This document shows, piece by piece, positions 49,442 through 58,469 of a stretch of DNA of 64,000 nt. The notes under the pieces were generated by a model, which was given only the letters and a program-made list of their open reading frames with translations, had not been told where the DNA came from and made no database searches. Origin of the DNA: Actinomycetota bacterium. Its GTDB lineage: Bacteria; Actinomycetota; Geothermincolia; Geothermincolales; RBG-13-55-18. How positions within the stretch are numbered: the stretch's first letter is position 1; every line of letters begins with the position of its first letter. The stretch covers positions 19,292-83,291 of the forward strand of contig JAXHVT010000034.1 in NCBI GenBank assembly GCA_034188985.1, written 5' to 3'. Position numbers and translations under genes: made by a program.

Positions 49442-51145
49442 TTAGAACAATCCCAGGGTCTTCCCGTCCTCGTCGATATCCACGTCCACAGCCGCCGGGC
49501 GGCTGGGCAATCCGGGCATGGTCCTCATAGCACCACAAAGCGGGTACAGGAACCCGGCCCCTATGGAGGGAACGATATCGCGAACCGGGAGCCTGAAGTC
49601 CTTGGGCACGCCCTTCAGCTCCGGGTCATGGGACAGGGAGAGATGCGTCTTTGCCATACAAATGGGCAGCTTGTCGTAACCGGCCTTCTCGAACTGCTCT
49701 ATCTTCTTCTCCGCCTCCGGCGCGAAGTCCACGCCGTCCGCACCATATATCTTGGTGGCGATGGTTTCTATCTTCTTCTTCACCGGCCAGTCCAGCTCGT
49801 AGAGGTACTTGAATTCCTTGGGCTGGTTACAGGCCTCCACCACGGCCTCGGCGGCCTCGGTTCCGCCCTCGCCTCCCTTGGCCCATACGTCGATGGGCAC
49901 GCAGGCCACTACGCCGGCGCCCTCGGCCAGCTTCTTGACCAGGGCTATCTCCTTCTCGGTATCGGTGGTGCGGCGGTTTATAGTGACCACCACCGGGACG
50001 CCGAAGAGCTTCATGTTCTCGATCATCTTGATGAGGTTGCCAGTGCCTTCCTCCAGCGCCGGCATGTTCTCCTTTTTCACCAGTTCCTCGTCCAGGGGCT
50101 TGCCGGGCCTCACGGAGAAGGCGCCGCCGTGCATCTTCAGGGCCCTGATGGTGCAGGTGATGACCACGCAGTCCGGGGATACCCCCGAGGCGCGGCACTT
50201 GATGTTCATCATCTTCTCCGCCCCACAGTCGGCGCCGAAACCCGACTCCGTTACCACGTAATCGCTGCATTTAAGGGCGACCAGGTCCTCGACCACGCTG
50301 TTGTTGCCGTGGGCGATATTGGCGAAGGGGCCGCAGTGCATCAGACAGGCGTTATGCTCCAGGGTCTGGATGAGGTTGGGCTTCAGGGCCTCCTTGAGGA
50401 GAACGGTCATGGCGCCGGCCGCTTTGAGGTCCTCGGCGGTCACCGGCTCACCATCGTAGCTGTAGGCCACCACTATGCGCGAAAGCCTCTCCCTGAGATC
50501 CCTCAACGAATTCGCCAGAGCCAGGATGGCCATGACCTCGGAGGCCACGGTGATATCATAGCCGGTCTGCCGGGGATAGCCGTTGGCCCTGCCGCCCAGG
50601 CCTATGACGATATCGCGCAGAGCACGGTCGCTTATGTCGACCACACGTCTCCAGGATATGGTAAGCGGATCGATGTTCAGCTTGTTTCCCAGGAGGATCG
50701 AGGTATCGATCATGGCCGCCAGCAGGTTGTGGGCGGCTCCCACGGCATGGATATCGCCGGTGAAATGCAGGTTGATATCCTCCATGGGCACCACCTGTGA
50801 GTATCCTCCTCCGGCCGCTCCACCCTTGATGCCGAAGACCGGCCCCATGGAGGGCTCGCGCAGGGTGAGGATAACGTTCTTACCTATTTTTCCGAGGGCT
50901 TCGGTCAAGCCAATAGAGGTAACCGTCTTCCCCTCGCCGAGGGGGGTCGGCGTTATCGCGGTCACGTCGATATATTTGCCGTTCGGCACATCCTTCATCC
51001 TGTCCAGAACGTGCTCGAAATCGACCTTGGCCTTGTATTTGCCATAGAGATCGAGCTCATCTTCCTCGATGCCTATCTTTTTGGCGATCTCCGTAACGGG
51101 CAGTAACTCTGCCGCCTGTGCTATCTCCAGGTCACTCGGAATCAT
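49442..51145 (-). CDS. fhs: Formate-tetrahydrofolate ligase.
   Basis: PTPLGEGKTVTSIGL, the glycine-rich loop and the overall 567-aa FTHFS pattern. Confidence 0.95.
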   Translation of the reverse strand: MIPSDLEIAQAAELLPVTEIAKKIGIEEDELDLYGKYKAKVDFEHVLDRMKDVPNGKYIDVTAITPTPLGEGKTVTSIGLTEALGKIGKNVILTLREPSMGPVFGIKGGAAGGGYSQVVPMEDINLHFTGDIHAVGAAHNLLAAMIDTSILLGNKLNIDPLTISWRRVVDISDRALRDIVIGLGGRANGYPRQTGYDITVASEVMAILALANSLRDLRERLSRIVVAYSYDGEPVTAEDLKAAGAMTVLLKEALKPNLIQTLEHNACLMHCGPFANIAHGNNSVVEDLVALKCSDYVVTESGFGADCGAEKMMNIKCRASGVSPDCVVITCTIRALKMHGGAFSVRPGKPLDEELVKKENMPALEEGTGNLIKMIENMKLFGVPVVVTINRRTTDTEKEIALVKKLAEGAGVVACVPIDVWAKGGEGGTEAAEAVVEACNQPKEFKYLYELDWPVKKKIETIATKIYGADGVDFAPEAEKKIEQFEKAGYDKLPICMAKTHLSLSHDPELKGVPKDFRLPVRDIVPSIGAGFLYPLCGAMRTMPGLPSRPAAVDVDIDEDGKTLGLF

Positions 51146-51427
51146 GCTGCAACTCCTTTCATTCTTTCTTGAGCGACATCCCTGTTTCTTTTGTATTCAC
51201 TCGTTCTGCTTCCGGCATAAAGCCGATTTTGGACATATATTAAACCGAAGGCTCCACGCCTTCCCCCTGGAAGGCGTCAGAGTCCCCGGTGAAGTCCTGA
51301 TAACTAAGGATGGGCACGGAAAACAACCTACCGGCACACCCAAAGTATTATATCCATAACCCCTGTACTTTGCAAGAAAAGGAGAACCCCCCTTACAGGG
51401 CGTTCTAGCAGGTAAAAAGGCGCGATT

Positions 51428-51706
51428 TCAACCCTGTGTTATGGTGGGAACCTCCTGTCCTCCGGCCGTCTCCGCGCCATCGTAGAACATGTCCTCTTTC
51501 TCCAGGATATCGGAGGGATATGCCTCTACCATCTCCCAGCCGAGGCGCAGGTCCTCGGGGAGGGCGGAGGCTATCATCTCCGCCTGACGATCCGGCAGTT
51601 CCGCCTTGAGAACCGATATCACAGCCCTTACCGCCGTATCGGCCTGGTGAAGCGAGGTGAGACCGGAGGCGTGCTTTACCTTGCCAAGAAATTCATCTCG
51701 TCGCAT
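51428..51706 (-). CDS. DUF2267-family small protein.
   Basis: RDEFLGKVKHASGL...ADTAVRAVISVLKAELPDRQAEMIASALPEDLR has the DUF2267 pattern. The longer ORF to 51796 probably over-extends the N-terminus. Confidence 0.45.
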   Translation of the reverse strand: MRRDEFLGKVKHASGLTSLHQADTAVRAVISVLKAELPDRQAEMIASALPEDLRLGWEMVEAYPSDILEKEDMFYDGAETAGGQEVPTITQG

Positions 51707-51839
51707 CCGCATCACCCCACATTTCATTATACTCCCCATATGCAATGAATTCAGCCACACGCGACTCCCTTCATCCATAGAGGGTATGAATACCAAACCG
51801 GGGTGTGGGGTAAGAGGCCCGCGATCGCCTCTCGGCTCT

Positions 51840-52490
51840 TTAACGCACCAGCCAATACCGGGCCACTATCTCGGCCACTTCCGCCTCCCTGCCGAAGAGG
51901 AAGTGATCCGCCCCTTCGAGGATATGGAGCTCGGCCCCCAACCGCGAGGCCAGTTCCTCCAACTTATCCGAGTCCGCGAACTGATCTCTTTGGCCGCCGA
52001 CGATCAACGCCCGTTCGGGCAGGTGCGCTTCACCCCCGTCGAGGAAGTGAAAGAAATCGAATCCCACCAGCGGCGGATTGATGAGCGCGATACGGCCGCA
52101 GGCGTCCCCGCTTGTCGCCCAATTCAATCCCACCCAGGCCCCGAAAGACCAGCCGGCCAGGCCCAATCGTTCGACGCTCAGGTCCTTCCTTCCCCGCAGC
52201 CATTGAAAAGCGCCCTCCACGTCCTCCGTCTCCTCTGCACCGCCGGAAGGCTGGCCGCTGCTTCCGCCCACGCCCCGGAAATTGAAACGCAGGCAGGCCA
52301 GACCTTTCGCCGAAAGCACCCGCGCCAGGGTCTCTAGCAGGGGAACCTGCATGCAACCTCCTCCTATGGGATGAGGGTGACACAGGATACACGCATCGTG
52401 CTTATCCGCGTCATCAGGCATATCCAGTAAACCCTCCAGGCGGATGGGTCTAATCGACTCGGCATAGAAGCTCACTCTCTCCTGGTGCAT
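51840..52490 (-). CDS. Alpha/beta-fold hydrolase.
   Basis: The nucleophile elbow GWSFGA (GxSxG) sits in a ~215-aa protein, with HPHPIGGG upstream and a C-terminal GADHFL. Confidence 0.65.
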   Translation of the reverse strand: MHQERVSFYAESIRPIRLEGLLDMPDDADKHDACILCHPHPIGGGCMQVPLLETLARVLSAKGLACLRFNFRGVGGSSGQPSGGAEETEDVEGAFQWLRGRKDLSVERLGLAGWSFGAWVGLNWATSGDACGRIALINPPLVGFDFFHFLDGGEAHLPERALIVGGQRDQFADSDKLEELASRLGAELHILEGADHFLFGREAEVAEIVARYWLVR

Positions 52491-52500
52491 CTATCCTCCG

Positions 52501-53466
52501 TTACGCGTAAGGGTGTACGGCCGTGTCGGGATCCGCCTCCCCGGCCAGGGTGGCCAGGGCTCCTATGAAACCGCGCTTTCCCCTTATGGATTCTAAATCC
52601 ACGTCCGTCTCTCCCGCCACCTTTTCGGCTTCCTCCAGTTCCACCATCCTGGATTTCACGGCCCTGGTATAGCGGGCAAGTGCGGGGTGGACGCATAGGG
52701 AACCGTATACGGCGGCGGCGGCCTCGTCGCTATAACAGCCCCGGTCCACCTCTTGCAGGAGAAAATGCACGAATTCTCCCTCAACGCCTTGCCCGATCCC
52801 GAAGGTGACCGCCGTGGCACAGCCGTTGGTGGTGCGATAGGGGTTTTGCGGGAAAAGCTGTACTACGGTATGACCCAGGTAGATCCCCAACCCCTCTTCC
52901 TGGGTCCTCCAGGCCACCTCGTTCATCAACGACCAGGTAGCCCCCTTTTCGGCATCGTCGGTATCGTCCACTCCCACCACCACCTTGTAAAGGCGGGGAA
53001 GAACGAGCCTGGCCCGGCCTATCTTGGCGCCACCCCCTATGGACTCTATGACCACGCCCTCCACTCCATCGGCCATTCCCCTGCAAAGGGTGGCGGCCAC
53101 CCCGCCACCGGCCAATCCCGCATATGTTATCTCCACGTGATCGTCGAAAACGTTTACCCTTTCGATGCCGGCTCCCGCCAGTCCCGGGATAAGATCCAGA
53201 TCGTCAACACCTACCCTGCAATGCAGGATGTTGCGCGGGCCCTCCCTGCGAGCCGAGGTCACCAGGCAACTGGTACGCGGGAAATGGTAGACCTCCCAGG
53301 CCGAACCCCCCATGCAGACGCCCCGGGCGTGAAACTCGTGCAGCTCCACTTCTTCCCCCAACCCGTCCGTAAGCGCATAGATTCTATCGTAGGGTGTTAT
53401 ATAGGGCAGATCCTTGAACTTAGACCTGATCTCTCCGGGTTTCAGTATCTCGTCCCCGCCGACCAT
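52501..53466 (-). CDS. TiaS N-terminal / DUF1743-like protein (methanogenesis-marker-11-like).
   Basis: VVVGVDDTDDAEKGATWSL...GHTVVQLFPQNPYRTTNGCATAVTF parallels the TiaS N-domain motifs VGIDDTDS..GMCTTY...LVRLNPNVPKTRGNGAVAF (recalled from A. fulgidus TiaS). Confidence 0.45.
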   Translation of the reverse strand: MVGGDEILKPGEIRSKFKDLPYITPYDRIYALTDGLGEEVELHEFHARGVCMGGSAWEVYHFPRTSCLVTSARREGPRNILHCRVGVDDLDLIPGLAGAGIERVNVFDDHVEITYAGLAGGGVAATLCRGMADGVEGVVIESIGGGAKIGRARLVLPRLYKVVVGVDDTDDAEKGATWSLMNEVAWRTQEEGLGIYLGHTVVQLFPQNPYRTTNGCATAVTFGIGQGVEGEFVHFLLQEVDRGCYSDEAAAAVYGSLCVHPALARYTRAVKSRMVELEEAEKVAGETDVDLESIRGKRGFIGALATLAGEADPDTAVHPYA

Positions 53467-53901
53467 CCGGAATCATACCATCCTTGCCCATCGATTGACC
53501 GATGAAAGCCTCGCAACCGCCATAAAACTACAGTATTTCATGGCAAATGGCAACAGCCATGAGGCCGCTTATCACCATGCGCGGCTGCTTTCTCCGAGCC
53601 TGCCCCGGATGGTTGCCAATCGCCCTGACCGGTACCCTCCTCCTCATCACCACCGCTACCCCCCCAGCCGCCGCCGTGGGTCGCCGTCGCGGCCCGGACT
53701 CAATGATATCGAATTATCCGGTTTTCACCCGATGTATCTCATGTATTATATTCTTTGGAGAGAGGCGACATCCCGGATACGCCGCCTTTGTCAGCTTCAG
53801 AGGAAATCGCCGGGCGTTGTATCGGGAGTCAGGCCTCGAGAATGTCGACGCCTTACCCATCCGACGGGCGGTATTAATGATAGGATTTAAGGGGGTCGGG
53901 A

Positions 53902-55224
53902 ATGGACTTCGACGTAATCGTCATCGGTGGTGGCTACGCCGGGCTTTCCGTGGGAGCCTTGCTGGCGAAACAAGGCTACGCGGTGCTGCTGCTGGAGCAG
54001 GCCAGGGAACTGGGAGGCAGGGCCGGCTTCAGCGAAAGGGACGGCTATACGGTGGAATATGGCCTACACTCCAACCGCTTCGCCTCGGAAGGCGCAGCCG
54101 CCGCCGTATTTCGTCTCCTGGACAGGGAACTGGAGTTCATCGAGCCCGGCGACCCCGAGCTGTGGACTGACGGCGGATTCCAACCCCTGCCCAACAACGT
54201 GGGCAGGATATTCAAATCGTCCATCCTGCCCTTATCAGCCAAGCTCAGCGCCGCCAGATATCTCGCCCGCTTGGTGCTGGGTAAACCCGAGAACAAGTAC
54301 CAGCTCTCCATGGAGGATATGACCGCCGGCTGCAAGTCGGCGGAGGTATTGGAGCTTCTCGAGGTCCTCTCCGGTATAGGTATTATCGCGCCCGACCTCA
54401 GATATTCCTCCGCCGGCGAGCTGGCATTCTTCCTCAAGAAAGCACTCAAGGCCAAGGTGAAGGTAGGTTATCCGTCGGGCGGAACACGACAGATAATCGA
54501 GGGCCTGCGGGAGGAGCTGGAGTCGTCTGGACAGATTATGACCGGCAATAAGATCACCCGCGTGATGCTGAAAAAGGGTCGGGTTAACCAGGTCAAGACG
54601 GAGACCGCCGCTTACAGTGCCGCGGCCGTGGTCAGCGCCATACCCGTTCAGGACGTGCCCGACCTCTTCGGTGGCAAGGATCTGACCATCAAGTTCGTCA
54701 AGATGGCCAGGGAGCTCGTGCCCACCGCGGGCATCTCCCTGGACGTGGGGCTCAAGGAGAAGATCAGCGAGCAGGATGGCCTGCTGGTCACCTCGGACCC
54801 GGTGACCATGGGCCAGTTCACGTCCAATATCGATCCGAGCATGGCACCGGAGGGCAATCAGCTCATGGCCTGGTACTATCCCCTTCCCTATCCCTGGATA
54901 AAGAACACGGATAAGATGAAGCGGGAGGAGGAAAGGCTGCGCCGTCTCCTTCAGGAGATATATCCGGATATCTGGAAAACGGTGGACTGGGAGAGGGTAC
55001 TGCGGCTGCCCATGGTCGATGGCTTCCTGCCCAGACCCGGCCAGACCCGGGAGGATCGTCCCGATTTCACCTTGCCCGGCATCGAGAACTTTTTCATGTG
55101 CGGCGATACCACCCGGGCCGGGGGAACCGGAGGCGATACGGCCTTCAATTCCGCCATACACGTCTCCCGTATGGTTGACGACTACCTCGAGGATATATAC
55201 GCAGAGGAAGATGAGGAGGAATAA
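53902..55224 (+). CDS. FAD-dependent oxidoreductase, phytoene-desaturase/amine-oxidase (CrtI-like) family.
   Basis: An N-terminal DFDVIVIGGGYAGLSVGALLAKQG..VLLLEQ...GGR dinucleotide-binding motif and a C-terminal FMCGDTTRAGGTGGDTAF substrate/FAD motif. Confidence 0.75.
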   Translation: MDFDVIVIGGGYAGLSVGALLAKQGYAVLLLEQARELGGRAGFSERDGYTVEYGLHSNRFASEGAAAAVFRLLDRELEFIEPGDPELWTDGGFQPLPNNVGRIFKSSILPLSAKLSAARYLARLVLGKPENKYQLSMEDMTAGCKSAEVLELLEVLSGIGIIAPDLRYSSAGELAFFLKKALKAKVKVGYPSGGTRQIIEGLREELESSGQIMTGNKITRVMLKKGRVNQVKTETAAYSAAAVVSAIPVQDVPDLFGGKDLTIKFVKMARELVPTAGISLDVGLKEKISEQDGLLVTSDPVTMGQFTSNIDPSMAPEGNQLMAWYYPLPYPWIKNTDKMKREEERLRRLLQEIYPDIWKTVDWERVLRLPMVDGFLPRPGQTREDRPDFTLPGIENFFMCGDTTRAGGTGGDTAFNSAIHVSRMVDDYLEDIYAEEDEEE

Positions 55225-55234
55225 CCCTGAAACG

Positions 55235-55813
55235 ATGGAAGGGAGAAGCTTGAACGGAAACCCCGCCCTGGCCACGGCCTATGACAGCCTGCTGCTGGTT
55301 ATCGATCCCCAGGAGAAGCTGGTGATGGTGAATATGATACGCGATTGCGAGCGAGTGATCGGCAACATCTCCATGCTGTTGAGATTCGCCTTCATATTCG
55401 ATCTGCCGGTGCTGCTAACCGAGCATTACCCCGAGAGGCTGGGTTACTGCATGGAGGAGGTAAGGTGGTTTCTTCCCGCATACCAACCCATGCGCAAGCA
55501 TATCTTCAGCTGCTTCGGGATCCCGGAAATCTCCCGGGTGTTATCCGAGATGGGGAGAAACCTTCTGCTGGTAACCGGTATAGAGACTCATATCTGCGTA
55601 ACCCAGACCGTTCTGGACGCCCCGCACAATGGTTATCGAGTGATGGTGGCCGCCGATGCCGTGGGCACCCGAAAGCCGCTCGATCACGAGGTCGCCCTTG
55701 TCAGAATGCGCCAGTTGGGTGCCGCGGTATCCATCTCGGAGGCGATGATGTACGAGGTGGCTGAGCGCGACGACACCGAGGAGTTCAAGAGATTACTGGA
55801 ACTGGTGAAATGA
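55235..55813 (+). CDS. Isochorismatase-family cysteine hydrolase.
   Basis: LLLVIDPQEKL..., VTGIETHICVTQTVLDA (catalytic Cys) and GYRVMVAADAVG. The start is MEGRS (55235) or MRRNN (55211), overlapping the previous gene end. Confidence 0.7.
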   Translation: MEGRSLNGNPALATAYDSLLLVIDPQEKLVMVNMIRDCERVIGNISMLLRFAFIFDLPVLLTEHYPERLGYCMEEVRWFLPAYQPMRKHIFSCFGIPEISRVLSEMGRNLLLVTGIETHICVTQTVLDAPHNGYRVMVAADAVGTRKPLDHEVALVRMRQLGAAVSISEAMMYEVAERDDTEEFKRLLELVK

Positions 55814-55974
55814 GAAAACACCGCGCATATTACCTCATTTTCGGGACCGGCCTCGGTCTGATGCTGGCCGGCATAGGGTGGGTACTGGACAGCTTTTACC
55901 TGGTGGTCGCGGGAGTGGTAGTCATGGCCGCCGGCGTGGCGACCATGAACATTCCCATGCCCACGATATTTTAG
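55810..55974 (+). CDS. 54-aa two-TM membrane peptide.
   Basis: Hand-translated as MRKHRAYYLIFGTGLGLMLAGIGWVLDSFYLVVAGVVVMAAGVATMNIPMPTIF. ATGA overlaps the isochorismatase stop, and TAGGAG for the next gene lies at its end. It is below the ORF-track size cutoff. Confidence 0.45.
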   Translation: MRKHRAYYLIFGTGLGLMLAGIGWVLDSFYLVVAGVVVMAAGVATMNIPMPTIF

Positions 55975-55977
55975 GAG

Positions 55978-56799
55978 ATGGTGACCGCCTTGGAATATGA
56001 TACCCATACCGCCGACCTCCCGAATAACAGCTACCCGCCGCTACAGCTTACCGGGGAGAGAACCCTGCCGGGAATAGCGGCGGAAAACTACTGGTTTCAA
56101 AGGCATCTCGCAGTCTATCAATACATCCTGCCGCTGGCCGAGGGCGGAAGGGTGGTGGACCTGGGATGTGGGGAGGGCTATGGCACGAACCTTCTCGCCA
56201 CCCGTGCCCGCGAAGCTGTGGGAATCGACCTGGCCCCCGAGGCGCTGTACCACGCTCGGCGGACGTACCGCCGCCCCAATCTTACATTCAAATACGGCGA
56301 CATAAGCTCGCTCGACATAGAGGATTCCTCGTTTGACCTGGTTTGTTCCCTGCAGGTTATAGAACACCTCCCCGACCTCGAGCGCTTTATGCGGGAGATT
56401 CTGCGGCTGCTCGAGCCCAGAGGAACCTGTGTATTGAGTACACCGAACCGGCTTATAATCTCACCGGGCAGGGAGACCCCTCTTAATCCCTTCCACATCT
56501 TCGAGTTCGACTCCCGCCAGTTCTCAGAGTTCATGTGGAATTATTTCCCCGAGGTGGAGGTAATGGGCTTGTTCCATGTCGGCAGGTTGCGTATTCACGA
56601 CTTCGTTGCCCGCAAGAACTTCTCGCAGTTCTGCCTGGAGCCTCCTCCCTTTCTGCAACGGCGTTTCTACCTGCCCTGGTTCCTTCCCTCGCTGAAGACG
56701 TGCAACTTCAAGATACGCGGTACGCGCCTTCACCAGGCCCTGGATTTCATAGGGTTGAGCCGGAAGGCCCGCGGTGATACTACCCGCGAGGAGGCCTAG
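55978..56799 (+). CDS. Class I SAM-dependent methyltransferase.
   Basis: Motif I VVDLGCGEGYGT, motif II and the post-I acidic residue, and FDLVCSLQVIEHL. Confidence 0.75.
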   Translation: MVTALEYDTHTADLPNNSYPPLQLTGERTLPGIAAENYWFQRHLAVYQYILPLAEGGRVVDLGCGEGYGTNLLATRAREAVGIDLAPEALYHARRTYRRPNLTFKYGDISSLDIEDSSFDLVCSLQVIEHLPDLERFMREILRLLEPRGTCVLSTPNRLIISPGRETPLNPFHIFEFDSRQFSEFMWNYFPEVEVMGLFHVGRLRIHDFVARKNFSQFCLEPPPFLQRRFYLPWFLPSLKTCNFKIRGTRLHQALDFIGLSRKARGDTTREEA

Positions 56800-56800
56800 G

Positions 56801-58336
56801 ATGCGGGGGGTCGATTTCGCCATCTTCCTGCACAGCCATATGCCATACGTTAGACACAATGGCGACTGGCCGTGTGGTGAACAGTGGCTGCTGGAGGCCT
56901 GGGCGGAGAGCTACCTTCCCCTGTGGAAGACTATAGAGGATATAACCAGTGGCCTGCTTCCGGGAAAGCTGGCCCTGACCATGACACCTGTTCTGGCCGA
57001 ACAGCTGCGGGACGAATACCTGCAGGAACGCCTGATCGGCTACCTCAGGAACCGCGTCAGCCAGGCCGGGGAGGAGGTGGCCCGGCTGAAGGGCCTGGGA
57101 GACGAGACTAGGGCGGCCTTGGCGGCCAGGCACGAGGGCCGCCTGAACCACACCCTTCGAGAATTCGAGCATCGCTTTAGGGGGAGGATGCTCGATGTCC
57201 TCGCAGAGGGGATGGATTCGGGTAGAGTGGAGGTGCTGGCCTCCGCGGCAACCCATTCCCATCTTCCCTCCCTCGGCCGCGATGCCTGCCGCGTGGCCCA
57301 ACTGGAGCTGGGCGTGGAGAGCTACCGCCGCCACTTCCAGCGCGATCCCTCCGGCCTGTGGATACCGGAATGCTCGTACACACCCGAGTTGGACGGGATC
57401 CTGGACCGCTTCTCACCTCCACTCAGCTATGTCATCCTCGACTTTAGAGCTGTCGAAAGCGCCCCGGAGGACGCTTTCACATGGGAACCGAGGCTTCTCG
57501 GCGATACATCTCTGGTGGCTTTGCTACGCGACGTAGTGGCCCATGACCTGGTGTGGACCATCGAGGGCATCCCATCTCACTCCCATTACCGTGATTACAT
57601 GAAGCGCGATCACGACGGCTATGGATTTCATTACTGGAGGATCACCTCCCTGCAAACCCCGCTGGACGAGAAGGCCGCCTACGACCCCGGTTCGGCCGAG
57701 GAACAGGCGCGTGAAGATGCGCGTAAGTTCGTAAACGATATAGAGAGAAGAAGGAAATACATCGAGGGGTTGACGGGCGGCAGCGGCCCGGCGGTGATCA
57801 TGGCCGGCTACGATACCGAGCTTCTGGGGCACTGGTGGCTGGAGGGTCCCATTTGGCTGCGTGAGGTCTGTGCGATAATGGCGGATGGTATGGAACTCCC
57901 CCGGCGGGTGGTCGAGAAGACCGTATCGGGGCCCCGCCCTACCCTCTCTCCGCAGCTGACCTCCTGGTGCCTGAAGGGAGACTTCTCCACCTGGATAAAT
58001 CCACGTACCTCCGAGACCTGGACGAGAGTACACGCCGCCGAGGAACGATTTCTGGACCTGGTGAACTCGAACGCTCCCGCAACCGCGGAGCGTAAGCGTG
58101 CCCTGGCCCAGGCCGCCCGCGAGCTGCTGCTGGCGGAGTCGAGCGACTGGACTTTCATGATCACCAGGGGAAAGGCTGGCAACTACGCCCGGGAGAGACT
58201 GGGAAATCACCTGAACAGGTTTCACCAGCTGGAGCGGATGCTTGAAGGCAACCATATCGATATGGAATATCTTGCTAATCTGGAGGACTCGGACAATCTC
58301 TTCCCCGACCTCGACCTCGACTACTGGAGGATCTGA
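56801..58336 (+). CDS. GH57-family alpha-glucan branching enzyme / alpha-amylase-like protein.
   Basis: GVDFAIFLHSHMPYVRH (GH57 region 1), ...WIPECSYTP... and the C-terminal DUF1957 helical domain. Confidence 0.75.
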   Translation: MRGVDFAIFLHSHMPYVRHNGDWPCGEQWLLEAWAESYLPLWKTIEDITSGLLPGKLALTMTPVLAEQLRDEYLQERLIGYLRNRVSQAGEEVARLKGLGDETRAALAARHEGRLNHTLREFEHRFRGRMLDVLAEGMDSGRVEVLASAATHSHLPSLGRDACRVAQLELGVESYRRHFQRDPSGLWIPECSYTPELDGILDRFSPPLSYVILDFRAVESAPEDAFTWEPRLLGDTSLVALLRDVVAHDLVWTIEGIPSHSHYRDYMKRDHDGYGFHYWRITSLQTPLDEKAAYDPGSAEEQAREDARKFVNDIERRRKYIEGLTGGSGPAVIMAGYDTELLGHWWLEGPIWLREVCAIMADGMELPRRVVEKTVSGPRPTLSPQLTSWCLKGDFSTWINPRTSETWTRVHAAEERFLDLVNSNAPATAERKRALAQAARELLLAESSDWTFMITRGKAGNYARERLGNHLNRFHQLERMLEGNHIDMEYLANLEDSDNLFPDLDLDYWRI

Positions 58337-58469
58337 TCCCACGAGGGCATTTGTTGCCATACATACATCATTTTAATAAAATGTTTATGCTTGTCCTTGC
58401 CAGCTTCCATTGGGGGCTGGGGTTGTAGATGTGGTTCGCCCCAGAGGGCGATTCGACTGTGGGGGATGA

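Noticed and set aside
51146-51427. Possible ZTP (pfl) or THF riboswitch in the fhs leader.
   Set aside because: I looked for the conserved CCGCCUGGGC-type pseudoknot element and THF-riboswitch features on the fhs strand and did not find them. Only a generic GC hairpin (cgccttcc-ccct-ggaaggcg) is present.
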